From Candidatus Latescibacterota bacterium (GTDB lineage Bacteria; Latescibacterota; UBA2968; UBA8231), in assembly GCA_965217585.1 (NCBI GenBank), contig OZ244561.1:416001-480000 (forward strand): a stretch of DNA of 64,000 bases. Direction: 5' to 3'. The notes beneath the pieces are model-generated. The model saw only the letters and a program-made list of their open reading frames with translations, did not search any database and was not told where the DNA came from. Both the position numbers and the translations under genes were made by a program. This document shows positions 1 to 7,921 of the stretch, in pieces (the first letter of the stretch is position 1; each line of letters opens with the position of its first letter).

Positions 1-327
1 CTGTTTATCATGAATCTCAACGACTCGCCGACCTTGTTGCGCAACGACAGCGGGGATCGCAACAACTGGCTGGGGCTGGAGCTAGTGGGCGTGGAGAGCA
101 ACCGAGACGCCATCGGTGCCCAGGTGCGGGTACAGGCCGGCGGCCTAGAACAGGTGCGAGAGGTACACCGGGGCTACGGCTTTCAGGCCCAGCACGATCC
201 GCGTCTACTATTCGGCCTGGGACCGCACAAGCGGGTAGATTGGGTCGAGGTCCGCTGGCCTTCAGGCCGGCGTCAGGTGCTGAGAAACCCGCCCCTGCGG
301 CGCTACCTGAAGGTGCGCGAAGCTTGA
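1..327 (+). CDS. 3' end of a CRTAC1-family protein (ASPIC/UnbV C-terminal domain), truncated by the window edge
   Basis: NWLGLELVG..SNRDAIGAQVRV...GYGFQAQHDPRLLFGLG...VEVRWPSG is the ASPIC/UnbV signature; closely similar to the same domain in 25145..27910. Confidence 0.85.
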   Translation: MFIMNLNDSPTLLRNDSGDRNNWLGLELVGVESNRDAIGAQVRVQAGGLEQVREVHRGYGFQAQHDPRLLFGLGPHKRVDWVEVRWPSGRRQVLRNPPLRRYLKVREA

Positions 328-400
328 CAAGCCTCCTGCAGTCTTCTTTGTCGGTGAGACGGCAATCGCTTTCTTCCATCTTCAGCAGGGATAAATCATC

Positions 401-2377
401 ATGTCGAAACAAGCCAAGCAAACTGCCAGCGACGAACTAGTGCGGATCGCGGCCGACATTCCCTTCATATCGCCGCCCCAGTGGGCCATTCTCGAGCGCA
501 GCCTCATCGACCTAATGAACCGAGCCATCGAACCCGTGCTGGCCCGCTACGTACACGGCGACGGCTCGACCATGTGGCCGCCGACCGACGAGATGACCAA
601 CTGGGACGGGTTGGACGACGCGTACGAGAGCTTCCACAACTGGCCCCTATTCTACCTGCTCGGCGGCGACGACCGCCTGCTCGAAGTGTCGAACCGGGAA
701 TTCAACGCCATCACGCTGCAATTCACCCGCTACCAATCCGGCCACGGCCATCCCATGGTCATCAAGGAGTACGAACAGGGCTACGACTGGATGCACCAGG
801 GCGAGGGGTACGTATTCTTTTATCTGTTGTGCATGGCCGACCCGACCAATACCACCAACCGCCGCCGAGCGCGGCGCTTCGCCGGATTCTATCTGAACGA
901 GGATCCAGAGGCGCTCAACTACGACGAGCAGCACAAGATCATCAAATCCCCGCACAACGGCAGCAAAGGTCCAGCACAGCGCAACTTCGAGCGCTACTAC
1001 ACCAAGTACCGCTATGAAGAATGGCAGAAGTGGCCCCTGCCCTTTTACGACGTGCCCGGCTGCCAAACGGTCGAAGACCTGCGGGATCCGGAGATCGAGG
1101 ATCGGATGGGTCAGGCGGTGATAGAGCGCTTCGCTCGCGGCGACTGCGCCGCCAATCTGGCGGCCACCAGCATGGTCACCAACGCGTACCTATTCACCGG
1201 GGACGTCAAATGCAAACAATGGGTGGAGGAGTACGTCGGCGCTTGGATGGAACGACTAGCGGCCAACAACGGCATTCTGCCGGACAACGTGGGGCTGTCG
1301 GGCGAGGTTGGGGAGTACTTGGGCGGCCGGTGGTACGGCGGGTACTACGGCTGGACCTGGCCCCACGGCTGGCACACCATGGGCGATGCTGTGCTCAGTG
1401 GTGCCGAGAACGCCATGCTGGTATCCGGCGATCTGCAGTATCTAGAACTCGCCCGTTCGCAGATCGACGTGATGATGGAAAACGGCGAAATCCGCAACGG
1501 CACCCTGTACGTGCCCCACTTCCACCACGACAAGGGCTGGGACGGGTATAGTCCCATGCAGACCCGCTTTATGGCGCACTTGTGGAGCATTTCGCTGGAT
1601 CCGGCGGATATGGAGCGCATCGACCAACAACGCGACCGCCAAGCCCGGGACTGGGAAGCGGTGCAGGTCCTCTCGCCCAAGGATCGCGGCGGTCACGAAG
1701 CCCCCTGGCTGGCGTACCTACGCGGCGAGTTCCCCGACTATCCCGAGGAGATTCTGCGCTATAACCACGCCCAAGTGTACCAGCGGCTGGCGTACATGGC
1801 GCACGACGGGCAGGACCCCGCCACGTACGGCGATCACTACCTGCAGGTGCGCAACCCGATCACGACCGAAGGCCTAGTGCAACTGACCATGGGCGGGCCG
1901 CTCTTCAACTTCAACGGTGGGCTGCTGCTGGTGCGGCTGCGCTATTTCGACTGGCAGCGCCGGCGGCCGGGGTTGCCCCGAGACGTGGCCGCGTTGGTGG
2001 AAAAGCTGGCACCCGAGAGCGCGGTTTTGCGGCTAGTCAACCTCAGCGCCGTGGAGGAACGGGAACTGGTCGTCCAGGCCGGCGCTTTTGGCGAGCACCA
2101 GTTTACCACGGCGCGTTTCCAGACCCTAGCGGCTGGCCGGAGTCACGATGTGTTCAGCAGCGCCGAGTGGTTGGACGAGGACGCGTACAGGACGGCGATG
2201 GCCCGTGAAGTCGAGGAGTGCGAAGTGGCCATCAACGCTCCCTGCTTCCGGGTCGCGCTCCGTCCAAGCTCCGAGATAAGACTGGAGCTGGGGATGAAGC
2301 GCTTTGTCAACACCCCCTCGTACAAGCTGCCTTGGGCTGCCACCGAGGAGCGGCCCGGTCCCAGCGACAAAAGCTAG
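401..2377 (+). CDS. Hypothetical protein, 658 aa, aromatic-rich, possibly a helical-barrel glycosidase/lyase-like fold
   Basis: Long ORF with GC-rich codon usage and AGGGA upstream; motifs DDAYESFHNWPLFY, YDWMHQGEG, GRWYGGYYGWTWPHG; function not assignable. Confidence 0.7.
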   Translation: MSKQAKQTASDELVRIAADIPFISPPQWAILERSLIDLMNRAIEPVLARYVHGDGSTMWPPTDEMTNWDGLDDAYESFHNWPLFYLLGGDDRLLEVSNREFNAITLQFTRYQSGHGHPMVIKEYEQGYDWMHQGEGYVFFYLLCMADPTNTTNRRRARRFAGFYLNEDPEALNYDEQHKIIKSPHNGSKGPAQRNFERYYTKYRYEEWQKWPLPFYDVPGCQTVEDLRDPEIEDRMGQAVIERFARGDCAANLAATSMVTNAYLFTGDVKCKQWVEEYVGAWMERLAANNGILPDNVGLSGEVGEYLGGRWYGGYYGWTWPHGWHTMGDAVLSGAENAMLVSGDLQYLELARSQIDVMMENGEIRNGTLYVPHFHHDKGWDGYSPMQTRFMAHLWSISLDPADMERIDQQRDRQARDWEAVQVLSPKDRGGHEAPWLAYLRGEFPDYPEEILRYNHAQVYQRLAYMAHDGQDPATYGDHYLQVRNPITTEGLVQLTMGGPLFNFNGGLLLVRLRYFDWQRRRPGLPRDVAALVEKLAPESAVLRLVNLSAVEERELVVQAGAFGEHQFTTARFQTLAAGRSHDVFSSAEWLDEDAYRTAMAREVEECEVAINAPCFRVALRPSSEIRLELGMKRFVNTPSYKLPWAATEERPGPSDKS

Positions 2378-2464
2378 GACTTAGTGGTCTTTCAATTAAG
2401 TTTATTGCCTGAATCCACTGGATTCCCGCTTTCGCGGGAGTGACGTCATTTGTATGTTGCAAAA

Positions 2465-2645
2465 GCCTTTCAGATTGGCCAATCTGAAAGGCCTGCGTGA
2501 GGGGCGCGTCGTCCGTCATTGGGTGAGCAGGCACGACAGTGCCCACGGCACCGTGCGGGAGTAAGACACCCCTCACGCTAGGTTGTCGCTCCGAACAGAT
2601 ACAGGGGCCTTGGGCCCGTATTACAAGTGTGGAGGACAGCACCCA
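2465..2645 (+). ncRNA. Putative IS110 bridge RNA (ends approximate)
   Basis: 5' hairpin 2465-2492; target-binding loop closed by 2495-2504/2569-2578 with guides TCCGTCATT and GCGGGA; donor-binding loop closed by 2582-2592/2631-2640 with guides ACAGATAC and TACAAGT. Confidence 0.8.
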
Positions 2646-2667
2646 TTATAACAGGGAGGCTACCAGC

Positions 2668-3609
2668 ATGAAAGTCGTTGCCGGTATAGACGTAGGAAAA
2701 AGCAGTCTGGACGTGTCGGTGTCGGCGGGTCCGGTGCGTCGATTCGACAACGCCCCCGCGGGCCTTTCGGCCCTGGTGGGCTGGTTGGAGCGCGAGGGGG
2801 CGACCCACGTGGTGTGTGAATCGACCGGGGGCTATGAGCGGGAAGTGGTGCGACGGTTGCGGAGCACGGCATGGTCGGTGCACATAGCGCACCCCAACCG
2901 AGTGCGCCACTTCGCGCGGGCGGCTGGCCGCCAAGCCAAGACCGACGCGCTGGACGCGCAGATGCTGTCGCGGTATGGGCAGGTATTCGAGGTGCCTAGC
3001 TCGGTGGCGGCGGCGGCGGACAGTGAGGTCCTGCAAGACCTGCTGCGCCGACGCAAGCAGTTGGTGGACCAGCGCGTGCAGGAGCGCCATCGGCTGGACC
3101 AAGGACGGACCGAAGCCGCCCGCACCTCTACCCAGCGGCACCTCCAGTGGCTGGATGAAGAGATCGGACGGTTGGAAGAGGAATACCGCAAGGCGTTGGA
3201 AAACAGCGGCGAGTTGTCCGAGTCCGCGGCCCTGTACCGGAGTGTGCCGGGCGTGGGCGAGCTGACCGCGGCCACGCTGGTAGTGTATCTGCCGGAGTTG
3301 GGGCAGTACCGTGGAAAGGAGTTGACCTCGCTGGTGGGACTGGCCCCGTGGTCCAACGACAGTGGGCGCCAGCAGGGGTATCGCTCGATCCGGGGCGGAC
3401 GGGGAACCGTGCGTAGGGTGTTGTACCTGGCCGCCTTGTCGGCGATACGCTACAACGACGACCTGAGCCGTTTCTATCAGGGACTGCGCCAGCGGGGCAA
3501 GACGGGCAAGGTGGCGGTGGTGGCGGTGATGCGCAAGCTGCTGCTGTTGCTGAACGCCATTGCCCATCGAGGAACGCCCTGGGTGGAACACCAGGCCCCA
3601 GCAGGGTAG
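2668..3609 (+). CDS. IS110-family transposase/bridge recombinase (DEDD RuvC-like domain + Transposase_20)
   Basis: GIDVGK, VCESTG, KTDALDA (D-E-D-D), SVPGVG, GLAPWSNDSG (catalytic Ser), VAVMRKLL; RBS GGGAGG before ATG 2668. Confidence 0.95.
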   Translation: MKVVAGIDVGKSSLDVSVSAGPVRRFDNAPAGLSALVGWLEREGATHVVCESTGGYEREVVRRLRSTAWSVHIAHPNRVRHFARAAGRQAKTDALDAQMLSRYGQVFEVPSSVAAAADSEVLQDLLRRRKQLVDQRVQERHRLDQGRTEAARTSTQRHLQWLDEEIGRLEEEYRKALENSGELSESAALYRSVPGVGELTAATLVVYLPELGQYRGKELTSLVGLAPWSNDSGRQQGYRSIRGGRGTVRRVLYLAALSAIRYNDDLSRFYQGLRQRGKTGKVAVVAVMRKLLLLLNAIAHRGTPWVEHQAPAG

Positions 3610-3750
3610 AAAAGGGCTGGACGCAGAACACAGATACTCCCGCGAAAGCGGGAATCCAGACTAAAAGACCAAAATAAAAATGGTAACTAACTTTTTTGAA
3701 ACACCACTTAGTTTCCCACCTGAATGCTGTAAACAGACGGAGCCAGACGC

Positions 3751-5715
3751 ATGCCCAAGAATCTGTTGCCCAATGCGAGTTTCGAACTGGATTTCGGCGA
3801 GGGATTGTGCACCAACTGGGGGGATTTGCAAAACGAATTGACCCTGCCGCTCTCCCTCACGGATCAGCAGGAGCGCACGCCGCCCCGCATCGAGGCCCGC
3901 GACGATGCCGTGGACGGCGAACACGCCGCCCGCCTAGCGCTCGACCCAACAGCGGACAGCGGCGCGGTCGGCCACCTCACCTCGCCGGTCGTAGCGGTCA
4001 AGCCGGGACAGGTCTATACCCTGTCGGTGTACGCCCGCAGCGACGACCCTTCAGCCCAGCTCGAACTGGGCCTGTGGACGCGGCCGCTGGACTTTCGGCA
4101 GAAGCCGAGTAGGGTCAGCCAACCCCGGCAATTGTCCGCGGACTGGGCCCAGTATCAATTCACTCTAGTCACCGACGAGTTGGAAGACCGGGCCGTAGCG
4201 GACCTGACCGTGCGCGCCGACCAAGCCGGCGCGGCCCACTTCGACGCCGTCCAACTGGAGGAAGGTCCACGGGCCACCGAGTTCGAGACGCGCTGGCCCG
4301 TGGAAGTGGCCCTGCGTAGCAGGCGGAAAAATATCCTGCATCTCGCTGGCGAACCTTTCGAACTATCCCTCACCGCGTACAATAGCACGGACGAGCCAGT
4401 AGAAAAACACGTGGAGATGACCATTGCCAGCGTGCCCGAGGGCGTGCAGGTATTCGAACACGCCGTGTCCGAGCCGGTTCCGCCGGGCCGGCGGGAAGGC
4501 CCACTGCGCCTAAACTTTTCCTTGGTGGGTGCCTTTCGCGCCCGGGTCTACGACCACGGCGGCCGACTGACCTCGGTCGACGACCACCTGTTCAGCGTCC
4601 ATCCGGTGATCGAACGGGACTTTCAGGGCATTCTCTACTCCCGTCATGGCGAGCTGCAAAAGCCGCTGCCGGCCGAGCGCGTCTGGCTGCCCTGGACCAA
4701 CGAGAAGAGCTGGTACGCCGACCCGCCCGCCGGGCTTACCCTCACCGACGCCGGCACCATCTACGTGGCCGCCAGCGACGGCACCAGCCTATTGCATACC
4801 CGCGACGGCGGCCGCACTTGGGACGTCCTCGAGGTGGAGTGCCCGGTCCTGACCGTCTTGCGCGACGGCGCGCTGGTGGGCCAGACCGTCGAAGACGGCG
4901 ATGTGGTGCTCTATCGCTCGACGGACGAGGGCCGCACTTTTCAGCCGCTCAGCCGCCTAGCCGGGCTCGGGGCCGTGCAGGTGGGTCCCATAACCGAATT
5001 GGCGGACGGCGCGCTGATCTGGCCGATCGGCCGGGAAGCTCCCGAAGGCCACGGTCCCTCTATTGTGTACGCTTATCGCTCTGCCGACGAGGGTGCCACT
5101 TGGTCGGAGGGGGGCCCTATCTGTCCCGGCGGCGAACCGCAGATCGCCGAACTGTCGTCCGGTCGCCTGTTGGCGGCCGTGCGCAACAACCCTTCGCTCC
5201 ATGCCGACGACTGGCGGCGCGCCTTTGCCAACGAGATGCCCTGGCACCTGTGGATGCGCGCCTTTGGCTTTACCAACGTCACTTCCTACACCAAGCGGAT
5301 CATGTTGGCCGACTCCGACGACCGCGGTCTGACCTGGAACAATGTGCGGCCGGGCACCTTTCTCCTCGATGAAATGCACGGCCAAGTCCTGCCCCTGCCC
5401 GACGACCGCGTCGTCCTGCTCTACACCCATCGCGGTCCCTGGCCGCGCGGCGGCGAGCGAGCCAAGGTCAGCCGCGATCAGGGCCAAACCTGGGCTCAAG
5501 AACTCTATTACCTGAATGCGACCCCGGCCTATCCGGGGTATTCGGCCAGTTGCGTGCTGCCGCCCGACCTAGCCGATGGAGAACCTAACATGGTCCTCAG
5601 CGTAGTCGGCGAACGATCCGAGCGGATATGGGGCCATCCCGGTACCCAGCCGACCGCGGAGGGCATTGAAATGGCCCCGCGCATGCAGGCCATTCGCTGG
5701 CGTCCCCTGCGGTGA
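3751..5715 (+). CDS. Sialidase-family (BNR/Asp-box) protein with an N-terminal carbohydrate-binding-like module
   Basis: N-terminal NLLPNASFE...FDAVQLEEG CBM-like pattern; five Asp-boxes (TRDGGRTW, STDEGRTF, SADEGATW, SDDRGLTW, SRDQGQTW). Confidence 0.75.
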   Translation: MPKNLLPNASFELDFGEGLCTNWGDLQNELTLPLSLTDQQERTPPRIEARDDAVDGEHAARLALDPTADSGAVGHLTSPVVAVKPGQVYTLSVYARSDDPSAQLELGLWTRPLDFRQKPSRVSQPRQLSADWAQYQFTLVTDELEDRAVADLTVRADQAGAAHFDAVQLEEGPRATEFETRWPVEVALRSRRKNILHLAGEPFELSLTAYNSTDEPVEKHVEMTIASVPEGVQVFEHAVSEPVPPGRREGPLRLNFSLVGAFRARVYDHGGRLTSVDDHLFSVHPVIERDFQGILYSRHGELQKPLPAERVWLPWTNEKSWYADPPAGLTLTDAGTIYVAASDGTSLLHTRDGGRTWDVLEVECPVLTVLRDGALVGQTVEDGDVVLYRSTDEGRTFQPLSRLAGLGAVQVGPITELADGALIWPIGREAPEGHGPSIVYAYRSADEGATWSEGGPICPGGEPQIAELSSGRLLAAVRNNPSLHADDWRRAFANEMPWHLWMRAFGFTNVTSYTKRIMLADSDDRGLTWNNVRPGTFLLDEMHGQVLPLPDDRVVLLYTHRGPWPRGGERAKVSRDQGQTWAQELYYLNATPAYPGYSASCVLPPDLADGEPNMVLSVVGERSERIWGHPGTQPTAEGIEMAPRMQAIRWRPLR

Positions 5716-6056
5716 CTGCGCCCCGCGGACCCGTGCAGGCGCAGCACGCAATTGCGCTCAGCTGCTTCTTCCTCTCCGGCTTTTCGGGTCTGGTGTACGA
5801 AGTGGCTTGGATCCGCAAGGCTTCCCTAGTCTTCGGGGCCACGACCTTTGCAGTCAGTACGGTTCTAGCGGTCTTTTTCCTCGGACTCGCCTGCGGCAGT
5901 TACCTCTTTGGCCGCATTGGTCAGAGGATTTCGCAGCCCCTGCGTCTGTACGACGTCATCTCACTCGAAGTCGGGCAACTCCACCGCCCCGGCGTGGCAT
6001 TCTTCTATACCGCTAATTTTTATCACCGCGCCCGGCAGTCAGTGTCGCAGCCATAA
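5712..6056 (+). pseudogene. Internally deleted remnant of a fused MFS-like/spermidine-synthase gene
   Basis: FFLSGFSGLVYEVAWIR..LVFG.T..AVSTVLAVFFLGLA.GS (family N-terminus) joined at PLRLY|DVIS to the late SAM-domain motif YDVI...FYT..FY; only 114 aa. Confidence 0.7.
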
Positions 6057-6073
6057 CTCCGACGCAGTCCCTG

Positions 6074-7909
6074 TTATTCGTAAGAGATTGCCCTTGCTTC
6101 TTCGACGATTAGGACCGTATTCACCGGAAGATCTCGGAAGCACTGCAGGCGACCGCCGGGCCATTCGACCTCGAGCAGGTCAATGGCTTCCCCACTACCC
6201 AAGCCAATGTGGAGTCGGGGATCGCTGGCGGAGAGATAGCTGGACCCGCGGCGCACTTGGCGAATCTGGCTCCGGTCGCCAGCGACCAGTCGCACCCTAG
6301 CCCCCACGGCATCTTTGTTGCCGCGCCTTCCCACTACGCGGATCGTGGACCAGTTCTGCGCATTGCCGTTCTCGTTGCGCACCAGTCTAGCGGCACCGCC
6401 GCAGTTATTGACCAGAAGGTCGAGGTCGCCGTCCTCGTCGTAGTCGCCAAACGCCGCGCCCCGGCTGATTTGTTTACGCGCAAACCAGTCCCCCGCTGCG
6501 GCCGAGACATCGGCGTAGCGACAGGTTCCGTCGTTGCGGAAGAGTTGGTGCTCTTGGGCGTACTCCACGCCGGGCTGGAACAGGGCGATCCGGTCAAGGA
6601 CGTGGCCATTGGCCACGTATAGATCGAGGTCGCCGTCGTTGTCGTAGTCGAGAAAATTTGTGCCAAAGCCGAGCAAGCGCCAGCTTGGCTGCCCCAAGCC
6701 CGCAACGGTGGTCACATCTTTGAAACGACCGGCGTCATTGCGGTAGAGGGTATTGGTTTCGTGGGAAAAATTGGTGACGAAGAGATCGAAGTCGCCGTCG
6801 TTGTCGCAATCGCCAATATCCACGCCCATGCCGGCCTCGCTCTCGCCCATCAGGTTGTAGGCCACGCCGGCCTGCAGGGCCACATCGACAAAGGTCCCGT
6901 CGCCCTGGTTCTGGTAGAGGAAATTGGCCACCCCGTCGTTGGCCACGTACAGATCCTGGTCGCCGTCCTCGTCGTAGTCCCAAGCCAGCACCCCTAGGCC
7001 CTTGCCAGCGGGATTGGCGATACCGGACTGGATGGATACGTCGGCGAAAGCGCCGTTGCCCTCGTTGTGGTAGAGGACGTCGGGCACACCCTGGTACTCG
7101 CTGGGCGCACAGTACGAGCGCGTACCGCGCCCAATGGCGCGCAAACCCTCGGCATTGGTCTGGATAAAACCGCCGCAGACCTTGTTGGTGGCAATGGTAA
7201 AATCGACGTAGTTGGCGATGTACAGATCGAGATGGCCGTCGTTGTCGTAGTCGAAAAAAGCCGCACTGGTACTCCACTGGGGGGCTTGTACCCCGGCTGT
7301 AGTGGTCGCATCGACAAAAGTGCCGTCTCCTCGATTGCGGTACAGGGTATTGCGGCCGTAATTGGTCACATAGAGGTCCTGGTCGCCATCGTTGTCGTAG
7401 TCGGCCACCGCACATCCCATGCCATAGCCCTTGTCGTCAACCCCGGCTGCGGCACCCACCTCGACAAAGGTCCCGTCCCCCTCGTTGCGGTAGAGGGCAT
7501 TGCCGGAGATTTCCACGCCGGCTGCGGGTGCCAGAGACACTGCATAGGCCGCTGGATCCCCAGAGCGGGGCGTGCCGATCGGTTGGGATTTGCGCACCCA
7601 GTAGTAGGCCGAATCCCGCCGGGCGAGATTGACCGGATGGGCGTAAATGCCGCTCAAGTCGAAGCCGTCAATCAAGTAGATGTCTAGATCGCCATCCCCG
7701 TCGAAATCCGCAAAAGCACCCCCTGACCCCATGGTCTCGATGAGGAAATAATGCCCGGCCGCGCCGTTTTCGTGCGCAAAGGAAATGCCCGAGTGATCGG
7801 TTGCGTCGAGGAAGCGAACTTCTGGGGGTGGGGTGCGGCATCCTGCGATGCTGCCAAGCGCTAGCGCAAGTACCAGATGCCTCGAGCAGAAGAGCCGCAT
7901 GCGGGCCAT
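6074..7909 (-). CDS. CRTAC1-family protein (FG-GAP/VCBS repeats + ASPIC/UnbV), probable lipoprotein
   Basis: Multiple DYDNDGDxDLYV repeats; C-terminal SYLSASDPRLHIGLG..EVEWPGG; IAGC lipobox. Confidence 0.9.
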   Translation of the reverse strand: MARMRLFCSRHLVLALALGSIAGCRTPPPEVRFLDATDHSGISFAHENGAAGHYFLIETMGSGGAFADFDGDGDLDIYLIDGFDLSGIYAHPVNLARRDSAYYWVRKSQPIGTPRSGDPAAYAVSLAPAAGVEISGNALYRNEGDGTFVEVGAAAGVDDKGYGMGCAVADYDNDGDQDLYVTNYGRNTLYRNRGDGTFVDATTTAGVQAPQWSTSAAFFDYDNDGHLDLYIANYVDFTIATNKVCGGFIQTNAEGLRAIGRGTRSYCAPSEYQGVPDVLYHNEGNGAFADVSIQSGIANPAGKGLGVLAWDYDEDGDQDLYVANDGVANFLYQNQGDGTFVDVALQAGVAYNLMGESEAGMGVDIGDCDNDGDFDLFVTNFSHETNTLYRNDAGRFKDVTTVAGLGQPSWRLLGFGTNFLDYDNDGDLDLYVANGHVLDRIALFQPGVEYAQEHQLFRNDGTCRYADVSAAAGDWFARKQISRGAAFGDYDEDGDLDLLVNNCGGAARLVRNENGNAQNWSTIRVVGRRGNKDAVGARVRLVAGDRSQIRQVRRGSSYLSASDPRLHIGLGSGEAIDLLEVEWPGGRLQCFRDLPVNTVLIVEEARAISYE

Positions 7910-7921
7910 TGCTAGGCCCTT

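Larger units (their letters stand above)
2451..3638 (+). mobile_element. IS110-family insertion sequence (long left end, short right end, no terminal inverted repeats)
   Basis: Junctions GACGTCA-TT|TGTAT (left) and ACAGATA-CT|CCCGC (right); removing the element restores the REP unit; contains a DEDD recombinase. Confidence 0.92.
2418..3659. repeat. Inverted pair of 27-bp REP/dRS3-like units; the second unit is split by IS110
   Basis: CTGGATTCCCGCTTTCGCGGGAGTGAC (2418-2444), then GTCATT (2445-2450) + CCCGCGAAAGCGGGAATCCAG (3639-3659); matches the ATTCCC-N8-GGGAAT pattern. Confidence 0.85.
2384..3707. mobile_element. MITE-like element (long copy) carrying a REP palindrome and an IS110 insertion
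   Basis: Imperfect terminal inverted repeats GTGGTCTTTCAA / TTGAAACACCAC; 3-bp duplication TTA at 2381-2383 and 3708-3710; both arms almost identical to 34797-34879. Confidence 0.85.

Noticed and set aside
2515-2520. GTCATT at 2515-2520 as the left IS110 junction
   Set aside because: It lies inside a hairpin loop and is better explained as the target guide; the junction at 2445-2450 restores the palindrome and gives a 17-nt promoter spacing
2539-2667. 43-aa N-terminal extension of the IS110 ORF in the ORF track
   Set aside because: It overlaps the structured bridge-RNA region; the RBS and family-typical start point to ATG 2668
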